From NCBI RefSeq assembly GCF_006345805.1, contig NW_021823651.1, positions 1 through 21,657 on the forward strand: DNA of 21,657 nt, read 5' to 3'. Made by a program: the position numbers and the translations under genes. The DNA comes from Octopus sinensis (taxonomy: Eukaryota). The notes beneath the pieces are model-generated. The model saw nothing but the letters and a program-made list of their open reading frames with translations, was not told where the DNA came from and ran no database searches. Below are positions 9,660 to 18,668 of this stretch, piece by piece (position 1 is the stretch's first letter; every line of letters starts with the position of its first letter).

Positions 9660-10020
9660 GAATATGGCTTAGTCTTTTACTCTTCCGTTAACGTGACGTT
9701 AACTACAAATGGCCAACAAGTTTTCACATCAGGAAGCACAACATCATATTCACGATCCCAAATAACAATGTCAGTTCGCTTTGCTTTCACTTCATTTTGC
9801 AGGACTATATTTTTAGCATCTTAGTCTTCCATTCCTCTTAAGGTCCATCGGTTTCGCTGAAACAATTCTGTTATTCCCATTCTGAGATATTTTACCGTTT
9901 CCTATAGCACTCCAGGTTGTTTTTACGTCGATGCCAACCATATCTTGTTGGAAGGTAATATTTGATGACATTCTCTCACGGTTCACTACACAGTGGCTAT
10001 TCTCCATTTTAAATCTTCAC
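9660..10020 (-). pseudogene. Decayed PD-(D/E)xK-like nuclease fragment (REL-type retrotransposon or other)
   Basis: One minus frame with scattered stops reads ETVKYLRMGITELFQRNRWTLRGMED*DAKNIVLQNEVKAKRTDIVIWDREYDVVLPDVKTCWPFVVNV, resembling the RPDIV-x(8-10)-DV pattern. Confidence 0.4.
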
Positions 10021-10630
10021 CATAATCTTTATTGGTTATTTCTGTTAGTATTTTAAGAGAATAGCTTTCCGTGCTTAGTCTTCAGTGAATTAAAATTCTG
10101 CTTACGTTTGCGTAAACATACACACACACAGACACTCCTACCTACATTGATATATATATGTGTGTGAGTGTGTGAGTGTCTGTACTTGTGTCTGAACGTG
10201 CTTGTGTGTGTTTGTTTCTACCTGATTTACATATATGTATAATCAACCTCTCGGCATGTGAATTGACACGTGCACTTATGCTCTCGTCTGTGTCAGTGAG
10301 AGCACGTCTCTGAGTGTGTATCTCTGAGTTCGTATGCTGGTGTGTATTACATATATACATACATAAATCAAAATATATACATACATTTGTATATGTGTGT
10401 GTATGATCCCATGTTGCACATTGATTTGAGAAGGAGAAGAAACGATACAAAGCTGTACAAAAGAATTCCATATTCAAAGATAGGGAGAATAGAGAAGGAG
10501 GAATAAAGAAGTAGAGAGTGAGGGGGAGGCAGGGGAGATATAGAGAATGAGAGAGAAAAGTGGTTGTCGGGAAACTAAGATTTCTCACTCGACGAGACTG
10601 CCATTGAAATATGACTTTATACTGGTCAAT

Positions 10631-11047
10631 CTTTTACTCTTTTACTCTTTTATTTGTTTCAGTCATGTGACTGTGGCCATGCTAGAGCACCGCCTCTAGT
10701 CGAGTAAATCGACCCCAGAACTTATTCTTTGTAAGCCTAGTACTTATTCTATCGGTCTCTTTTGCCGAACCGCTAGAGTTACGGGGACGTAAACACGCCA
10801 GCATCGGTTGTCAAGCGATGTTGGGAGGACAAACACAGACACAGAAACACACGCACACACGCATATATACATATACATATATACGACAGGCTTCTTTCAG
10901 TTTCCGTCTACCAGATCCACTCACAAGGCATTGGTCGACCCGAGGCTATAGTAGAAGACACTTGCCCAAAGTGCCACGCAGTGGGACTGAACCCGGAACC
11001 ATGTGGCTGGTAAGCAAGCTACTTACCACACAGCCACTCCAGCACCT
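10631..11047 (-). mobile_element. SINE family A, full length (tRNA head, internal TA/TG microsatellite, 8-mer repeat tail)
   Basis: Head GGAGTGGCTGTGTGGTAAGT (A box) ... CCGGGTTCAGTCCCACTG (B box), then TTGGGCAAGTGTCTT (CORE/V-like segment), internal SSR at 10840-10883, and tail (AAAAGAGT)n at 10631-10650. Confidence 0.92.
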
Positions 11048-11055
11048 ATGTATAA

Positions 11056-11275
11056 GAGCCCTGGGAGCAGTGAGCAAAAATCTCGAGAAGTACGTGGAAC
11101 AAATAAGGGCTGCAATAAGGGTGGAGCACTTGCAGAAAACAGCACTGCTTGGAACCGCTCGAATACTGCGGAAGGTGCTCGAAAAATAAGAGGTGTTACC
11201 TTAGTTCACTGGTAGTGAACAACTGACACCACAGTACACCTCCAGCGTTAGAAGCTGTGTAAAGGCAATAAAAAT
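11056..11275 (+). mobile_element. R4/Dong-like LINE, extreme 3' fragment
   Basis: Encodes ALGAVSKNLEKYVEQIRAAIRVEHLQKTALLGTARILRKVLEK*, the typical C-terminus after the REL endonuclease. A short UTR with AATAAA leads into (TAA)n. Confidence 0.85.
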
Positions 11276-11308
11276 GATAATAATAATAAATATTAGTAGT
11301 AATAGTAA

Positions 11309-11377
<69 letters not shown>

Positions 11378-11392
11378 TATAATAATAATAAT
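11276..11392. repeat. (TAA)n microsatellite
   Basis: Directly visible. Confidence 0.97.
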
Positions 11393-11540
11393 CTTGATAT
11401 GAGATCACCATGTCGCGCACATATGGTTGTGATGCATGTGCCTGGTGTACCCTTATCAGACGGGTAGTCATGATGGGTATATTGGGCTTCGTATATTTTA
11501 CCCCAGTGTCACTTTGATGGCATGAACTGCTCTCTCACTC
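11393..11540 (+). mobile_element. Short retroelement 3' fragment embedded in (TAA)n, probably another Dong-like 3' UTR
   Basis: ~150-bp non-repetitive segment flanked by (TAA)n on both sides and ending CTCTCTCACTC(AAT)6. It resembles a common octopus repeat from memory. Confidence 0.55.
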
Positions 11541-11558
11541 AATAATAATAATAATAAT

Positions 11559-11745
11559 TTTGCCACAAGGGCGCAGCAATTTTTGGGGATGAGATGAGTC
11601 TATTCAGCTAGTACTTATTTTATCGACCCCGAAAGACGAAAGGCAAAGTCGACCTCGGCGAAATTTGAACTCAGAACTTAGCGACAGCGAAATACCGCTA
11701 AATATTTCATCCGGCGCACTAACGATTCTACAAGCTCACTACCTT
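11559..11745 (-). mobile_element. SINE family B
   Basis: Reverse complement of the copies at 17114 and 18229: AAGG..G.GAGCT.G.AGAATCGTTAG ... GAGTTCAAATT.CGCCGAGGTCGACTTTGCCTTTC.TC.TTTCGGGGTCGATAAA. Flanked by (ATT)n on both sides. Confidence 0.9.
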
Positions 11746-11770
11746 AATAATAATAATAATGATGATGCTG

Positions 11771-11852
<82 letters not shown>

Positions 11853-11915
11853 CAACAACAACAACAATAACTGCAATAACCACAGCAACATTAATAATAG
11901 TAATAATAATAAGTT
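11746..11915. repeat. (TAA)n/(CAA)n microsatellite
   Basis: Directly visible; explains the poly-N and poly-L ORFs. Confidence 0.97.
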
Positions 11916-12242
11916 ATGATAGAATTTAAGATATGAAAAGTGTAGAGAGGAAAGACATTGGGATGTAATTATATCCACAGAGAGATAGGAGATAAGAAAT
12001 AATGACGAAATGTGTAGATAACAGTAATAGTTAGATATAGCAGACGTTGGGAAAATGAAAATTAAAAATCTAATATGGAGGAATATTTTAGAGAATTTAG
12101 AAGATTAATATTAGTTCTTAAAACTGGTAAAAATAAGACTGTAAAAAGGAATATTTTAGAAATTCACTCTTCCTCTCTCTCCCTTTCTATCTTTCTATTT
12201 GTCTATATATCTTTATCTATCTATCTGTTTATCTATTTATCT

Positions 12243-12498
12243 AGTTCCCCTTTTTTCTTCTTTTTTCATTTCTCTTTTCTTTTGTTCCTTTTCTTTTTTT
12301 TTCTTTTTTCTTTTTTTTTATTTATTTATTTTTTTGTTCTTTTCTTCCCTTTTACGATCCCTCTTGATCGAAAACCTACGCCACCCCTTTTTTTATTTTG
12401 TTTCTTTTGTTTTTTGTTTTTTTCATCCCCCAAAAGAAAAGCTTTACCTTGTAACTTGTCCCATCTGTGTGCAGCCCTGTGTGGCCAATAAAGAAACT
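12243..12498 (+). mobile_element. L1/Tx1-like LINE 3' UTR fragment, copy 2
   Basis: Reverse complement of 7869-8135 (TTTTACGATCCC..TTGATCGAAAACC ... CCCCAAAAGAAAAGCT.TACCTTGT.ACTT.TCCCATCTGTGTGCAGCCC ... GGCCAATAAAGAAACT). Flanked by (TATC)n on both sides. Confidence 0.8.
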
Positions 12499-12965
12499 TA
12501 TCTATCTATCTATCTATCTTCGTACAAGCATCAATCCAGTTCTGTGGGAATATATTGTGGAATATCAAGCATTCTACAGAATGCCGATCTCACGTGTATA
12601 TCTTAAAGGTGATAAAGTCAACCATAAGCAGCTACCACTTTTCACATAGAAATCACACGGTGATGCGTTTCGTTTCCTTCTTTTTGTTGCTGGGTAGTTA
12701 ACAGCAGTAGTAACTGGCTGTTAGTGAAAACAGCAGCTGGTAGGATTGTTTGCGATAGCAACAGCAGCTCGGGCTCTCAGTGGCTAGTAATTCATTTAAA
12801 TTTATTTTTCCTTTCATTTAAGCATGACTAGATCGTCTTTTAAAGGGACTGAAACTGGTAGCGATTTTTTAAAAATGTAAATAGTATGTTAATTTTGTTC
12901 CTTGTCTGCTCAGTGTTTTTTTTTTTTTTCAGTATAGATTTACTCGTGAAAAACTCTTTAACTGT

Positions 12966-12986
12966 ATACATACATACATACATACA

Positions 12987-13018
<32 letters not shown>
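12966..13018. repeat. (CATA)n microsatellite
   Basis: Directly visible at the 5' junction of the REL LINE. Confidence 0.97.
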
Positions 13019-13019
13019 C

Positions 13020-13935
13020 ACGGGATGAAAAAGAGCCTTGACCTCAAAGGATATAGGGTTGGAGTTTGGTCAGGATAAATGTTGTTATATGGTTGTGAAA
13101 AGGGGGAAAACTGTAAACCAGACTAGCAGCATCTCTATCAATGAATTAACTGTTTTCCTTGTATCTGACGAGGACAGGTATCTAGGGGTGGATGAAAACA
13201 TATCTTACAATGGCACATGTAACAAAACAGGTATCTATAAAGAATATTACAGCCGAATAAAGAAAACTTGGACCTCAGAACTCTCTGCATTCAATAAAAC
13301 AGTGGCCCACAATGTGTTTGCAGTGCCAATACTCATACCAACATTTAGGCTGCTTGATTGGACGCTTGATGAGATCCGAATTATTGATGTAAAAACCCGA
13401 AATATGCTAACAAGCACACATTGATCCAAAATACCTTTGAATGTTGTATTAAAACCCTTCGGCAACATCTTTTAAGCACCAAGTGTCGGAGTGCATCTCT
13501 TGACCAAATTTGCATATGTGAGGCTGATAACATCATAAGACTTGAAAGGCAGCTCCTCGAGCAACATTCCTTGTCTGATAACATTAAATACATGCCCAAA
13601 GAAGTCGCACGAGTCTTCCGCAACGTGCCATCAGGTGATAAGAGGAGCCTATATGAGCAGAAGACTATGCATGGACATGTTAGTAGAAAGCTCCGAGGTG
13701 ATAGTAATGTCCATCATCAAAGCAATCTATTGTGGACCACCAACCGAATAACTACCTCCCGCTTTGAAGGATATGCGTTTGCAATCCAGAAACAGGAAAC
13801 ATCAACCAAATACCTGATTCACAAAAGGGACCAAATACCTGACTCACAAAAGGCAGAGAAATGCAGAAAAGCAGTAAAATGTGATAACCTATGCAAACTT
13901 TGTGGAGTTGACACCTAAGATATAACCCACATCAG
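13020..13935 (+). pseudogene. REL-type non-LTR retrotransposon (R4/Dong-like), segment 1: RT thumb to CCHC zinc knuckle, degenerate
   Basis: SKDIGLEFGQDKC, YLGVDEN, SELSAFNK..AHNVFAVP, KTMHG, EGYAFAIQKQE and CKLCGVDT*DITHI, with frameshifts and stops. Confidence 0.9.
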
Positions 13936-15752
13936 AATTTGCTATCAACAAGCATATTCCAGGATAGTAGTTTATCTGTAATGCTGTTTGTATTGACAGT
14001 GAGCCCCTTGTTAGCCCTGTTAGCAAAATGCAAAGGCTATAATTTTGGGATATGCAGAGAAGAATAAAATTAATGACACCCGCACATTTTTTGTCGATGA
14101 CCTAAAATCATATTCTGGTAACATGACCAATATCAAGAGACAACTAGAACTAGTCACAACATTCTCACGAGATATAAGAATGGTGTTGGGGCAAGATAAA
14201 TGTTCATACATGATAGTCAACCGAGGATAGATTGTCGACCACCAGGCAAAAAACATGTACATCAACGGCTTGTCTATCTCTAATGATAAAAGCTACAAGC
14301 ACCACAAAATCGATGACAATTGGTGTTGTGAATAACAAAAGAGTGCTTCTGTAGCCTCTGAGCTGATTGCATTTAACAAGACCATATTTTACAGTGCTTT
14401 TGCAGTACCATTGATAGCACTAACATTTGGGATATTGAACTGGGCACTCGATGAGATATACAGCCTGGACATCAAAGTAAGAAAGGCACTGACCACATTA
14501 ACAGCGGTACCGATAAGATTTATAAGAGACACAGTGTTGGCGGTAGAGGTATAAAGGTCAGTCCAAACAACCATTGAATGTTACATTGTATCGCTCATAC
14601 ACTTTCGGAACTGTAAAGAAATAAATGAAGCCAATTCATGCATACTCAAAACTGAGAGATACATCTTTAGAGTTGGGGAAGAACTACGGTGGAGGTACTC
14701 TGACAGTACAACTGCCACATGCGATCCAAAGGAGGTGGAACAGACCTACCTAAACAGACAGAAGTAGACATCATAGCAGCTAAAAGTAATGCTTGGGTAC
14801 ATATCTCGGAAGCTAGAGAGCAACAACAGCCTTGATAGGAAGAGTAGCCTCCCTGGGGCCGGCGATAGATACATTAGATCACACCTGTAAGGATATGCCT
14901 TCGCTATCCAGGAACAGGAAGTAGGTACTAAATGCCTGACAAACAAGAAGGACAAAGATACTATTAAACTTCCGCGTTGTGATAAAAAATGTCGGCTCTG
15001 CTTTATACCAGTGTGTAAGATTTCACCCACATCATCAGCAGTTACCCCAAAATGTCAACGAGACACTACCTGCCCCTGAGGCATGATATAGTTGCGAAGA
15101 CGATTTACAATGCTATCTGCAGGAAGGACTACCCTGACGTATAGATCAAAGGCATGTCAGAACCAGCAGGTATTCACACCTTTAAAAACAAGGAATACTG
15201 GTGGAACACCCCAATAAAAGCATTAGTTCAATGCAAACATAATAGACCTGATAATATTCCGTGGGTCAGTGAACAAAAGCCATGCACTATTGTAGAGATC
15301 AGCTGCCCAGCAGATGTGAATGTCAAATCAAAAGTCCAGGAAAACGCAGATATTTATAGCAAATGCTCTTGTATCCTAAATATGAATTCTCATTTGTTGC
15401 TATCATCAGAGGTGTATTAGGTTATGTACAAACAAATTTGCTCAAAAACCTAGAAATACTCGTTTTTACGGAGAAAGAGCAAAAGTAACTGACGCAGCTT
15501 TCCAAGTCAAATCTATTAGTGGAACAGTGAAGTCTTGTAAGACATTCCAAAATTAATTTCTCCAAGTGAGATTCTTATGTGAAGAGATGCAGAACAGTCA
15601 TTTTGGTGTACACATCAAGATTGCAACGAACGCATCAACTAAACCACATACGTAAAGACACTGGGAACTCTCTGAGCCCAAAGTCTTGTTGTTTTGTTAG
15701 CAGCCAGGTTGAACTCTCTAAAAGAGATCTTAAGTGAAATTCAAAGAAAAAT
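13929..15752 (+). pseudogene. REL-type non-LTR retrotransposon (R4/Dong-like), segment 2: RT core, CCHC, REL endonuclease and 3' UTR, degenerate
   Basis: Degenerate QGDSLS motif (QDSSLSVMLFVL), FFVDDLKSY, FSRDIRMVLGQDKC, GYAFAIQEQEV, CRLC..HIISS, LPLRHD and HNRPD...IVEISCPADVNV. The UTR ends AAAGAAAAAT + (CATA)3. Confidence 0.9.
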
Positions 15753-16225
15753 CATACATACATATATATATATATATATATAATATATATATATATAATA
15801 TATATATAGGTAATCATGAAGTCTTATAAATGCTTATAAATTATTTTATTATTATGTATACAGACGATACAGGAAGAACATTTACGTGAAATGGTAAAAG
15901 CTTGTGAAGTCTTTTTCAGATTCAAATATACATATATACATACGTGCACGCATACATACATACATACATCATACATACATACATCCATACATACATACAT
16001 ACATACATACATACATACGTACGTACGTACGTACATAATATATATATATATATATAATATATACATGTACATATATATATATATATATATACATGTACAT
16101 ATATATATATATATATATAACATGCACACACAAACACATGCACACACATATATATATACATATACACATATACATATATATACATATAGATATATACATA
16201 GATTCAAATATACATACATATATAC

Positions 16226-16284
<59 letters not shown>

Positions 16285-16320
16285 CAAATATATATATATT
16301 ATATATATATATATATATTC
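15753..16320. repeat. Compound microsatellites (CATA)n, (TA)n, (CA)n, (GATA)n with a short unique spacer
   Basis: Directly visible; (GATA)n at ~16227-16284. Confidence 0.93.
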
Positions 16321-16745
16321 AGAGAGAAAGAATTGGCTGAGCAAGAGAGATAGGGGGTTAGAAAAACATCGAACGTTCAACGGAGAGAACAGAGAACGTA
16401 AGAAAGTGTGTACACATGTTTGTGAAATTACCATTGTCGGCCATTTCTATGTAGCATCTTTAACAGCTTTCGCAAGCAACAGAGATAATGGCCTTACAAA
16501 CAAGCAAAGAAAGGAATTGCAGAGTAAAAATGACGATAACAGACACGTAAGAAAGAATAAGCTGCGTCTATTTACAGTTGTTTGGGTGCATTTATGGCGA
16601 TGCTAATGTACTTAATATATAAAAATCATGTACACTCCAATATATTCAAGCAAATACTCGCATTCACTTGTAAAGCAGACGATAACGGGTGACGCGTACT
16701 TTTGGAGAACATCGTCTGTTCATACTAGTGATTGTTATGTTATTA

Positions 16746-16746
16746 T

Positions 16747-16832
<86 letters not shown>
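16746..16832. repeat. (GATA)n microsatellite
   Basis: Directly visible. Confidence 0.97.
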
Positions 16833-16833
<1 letters not shown>

Positions 16834-17113
16834 CGAGAGAGGGTGAGAGATAGAGAGGGAGATTCAAATGTTTGAGATTTTAGATCACGCCCTTTGAATT
16901 CATCATTAGTAGCAGTTTCACTTGTTCCGCATCGTTTCAAAAATATGAAGGTCAAATTATCTCATCCCCATTTATGCAAAAGACAGGTTGGCTTGTTGTT
17001 TCCATTGAAACTCGAGTCTGTTTTAATCAATCAGGCTTATCAACAAAGGCACTCCAGCCGTGTCTGTCCCATTTTAAAGCGGTATATATATATTACTATA
17101 TATATTACTATTG

Positions 17114-17334
17114 TAAGGCGGCGAGCTGGCAGAAACGTTAGCACGCCGGACGAGATGCGTAGCCGTATTTCGTCTGCCGTTACGTTCTGAGTTCAAATTC
17201 CGCTGAGGTCAACACTGCCTTTCATCCTTTCAGGGTCGATAAATTGAGTACTAGTTGCGTACTGGGGTCGATCTAATCGAATGCCCCCACCTCCACCCCA
17301 AAAAGAATTTGTGCCTATAGTAGAAAAGAATATT
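17114..17334 (+). mobile_element. SINE family B, full length
   Basis: TAAGGCGGCGAGCTGGCAGAAACGTTAGC (A-box-like) ... GAGTTCAAATTCC (B box) ... GCCTTTCATCCTTTCAGGGTCGATAAA ... GTGCCTATAGTAGAAAAGAATATT. Confidence 0.92.
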
Positions 17335-17344
17335 GATACTCCAG

Positions 17345-17410
17345 AAATCATTTGTCCGCTTTGTCTTGTTTGTCCTCTGTGTTTAGCCCCTTGTGGGTAG
17401 TAAAGAAATT
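17345..17410 (+). mobile_element. Short L1/Tx1-like 3' terminus
   Basis: Ends GCCCCTTGTGGGTAGTAAAGAAATT, similar to the GCCCTGTGTGGCCAATAAAGAAACT end of the Tx1-like copies at 7869 and 12498. Confidence 0.5.
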
Positions 17411-17430
17411 GGTATATATATATATTACTA

Positions 17431-17992
17431 TTGGGTTGTCCGGAATGTTTGTGCCGATTTATAGTAGCTTACCTTTCGACTTATTTTAGAACATGGCTGA
17501 GTCCATAAAATAGGATTTGACTATACCTCCATTTAGAGCACAGTTTAAACTATCTTTTCGCGGAAGAAAGTTTATGTTCCTATAACCTGTGTTAATTCTG
17601 TAACCTTTTAAAATGGAAGATAAGAAAGTTCATTTTCGGTATTGATGCTTTGGGAACCAGACAAAAATTGCTGTAGCTCGGCTGGGATGTGTTCCCCCAC
17701 CCTCCATATTCACTAGATATTGCTCCTTCGGATTTCCACTTCGGGTCCCTGCAGAATAGTCTTAATGGTAAAAATTTCAATTCCTTGGATGACATAAAAA
17801 GATACCTTGATGAATTCTTTGCCATGAAACCAACTCAATTCTGGGAATAGGATATTTTCAAGTTAAAGGAAAGATGGAGACGCATTGTGCAACAAAATGG
17901 TTCATATTTAGTTGATTAAAAATGTAATGGCAAGTATTTATTGACCTTCTTCTTTCCTTTAAAAATTGGCACGAACTTTCCGGACAACCCAA
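17431..17992 (+). mobile_element. Internally deleted mariner (Tc1/mariner) transposon with both TIRs
   Basis: Left TIR TTGGGTTGTCCGGAATGTTTGTGCCGATTT preceded by TA; right TIR AAATTGGCACGAACTTTCCGGACAACCCAA followed by CA (mutated TA). The N-terminal MEDKKVHFR is joined near 17656 to the C-terminal GWDVFPHPPYSLDIAPSDFH...WRRIVQQNGSYLVD*. Confidence 0.95.
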
Positions 17993-18019
17993 CAGATTAT
18001 TTCATGAGAGTTTTCCTCA

Positions 18020-18600
18020 CTTTAACATTTTGTTGCTTTATTTCTGTTGAAATACATAGTCTGCTTCTGTTTCAATTAATTTTGAAAATAACGAATAGAT
18101 TCGTTAAATTAACTGTCATTATTAAGTTTGGGACATAAATTAACTCATTTGTTACTAAGCTTGTAATTAAATCAATATTTAAATGGGAAAGAATTTAGTA
18201 AAATATTTGGGTCATTATTAATCCAGAGTAAGGCAACGAGGTGGCAGAATCGTTAGTACTCCGGACAAAATGCTTAGCAGCCTTTCGTCCGTTCAAATTC
18301 CGCCGGGGCCGACTTTACCTTTCATCCTTTTGGGATCGATAAGTAAAGAACCATTGAAACACTGGGGTCGATGTAATTGACTAATCCCCTCTCCAAAATT
18401 TCAGGCTTTGTGCCAATAGTAGAAAGGATTATTAATCCGATGTTTCGAAAATTATTTTTATTGAAGGTTTTAAATTTAGACCCCTTTAATCTTTTTGCAT
18501 CCATATTTCTGTTGAAATACACTGTTACTTGCTTTAATTGATTCTTAAGATAATGAAGAATTTAGCAAACTAACTTTGGCATTATTAAACTGAAGTTTAG

Positions 18601-18605
<5 letters not shown>
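18020..18605. repeat. AT-rich element with diverged direct repeats (MITE-like), interrupted by SINE B
   Basis: Identical 17-mer TATTTCTGTTGAAATAC at 18039-18055 and 18504-18520; GAATTTAG.AAA.TA and CATTATTAA recur in both halves. Confidence 0.6.
18229..18433 (+). mobile_element. SINE family B, diverged, with an 11-bp target-site duplication
   Basis: Homologous to 17114-17334 with an internal deletion. ATTATTAATCC occurs at 18214-18224 and 18428-18438. Confidence 0.88.
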
Positions 18606-18632
<27 letters not shown>

Positions 18633-18640
<8 letters not shown>

Positions 18641-18668
18641 CCGGTTTCGCTAACGCTATTCATGATAT
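18633..18668 (-). ncRNA. Decayed minimal hammerhead ribozyme at the Penelope terminus
   Basis: Minus strand reads ATATC-[CTG missing]ATGA-ATAGCGTTAGC-GAAACCGGTC-GATAT: stem I ATATC/GATAT, palindromic ACCGGT helix III and a GUC triplet, but an incomplete core. Confidence 0.45.

Noticed and set aside
9687-9703. Perfect 17-bp palindrome GTTAACGTGACGTTAAC containing TGACGT
   Set aside because: About one 8-bp-arm palindrome is expected by chance in 21 kb of AT-rich DNA.
10960-11047. tRNA gene call for the SINE heads (also ~6760-6834 and ~17114-17200)
   Set aside because: A and B boxes are present, but they continue into SINE bodies and are multi-copy; not functional tRNAs.
11665-11978. Poly-N and poly-L ORFs
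   Set aside because: (TAA)n/(CAA)n microsatellite.
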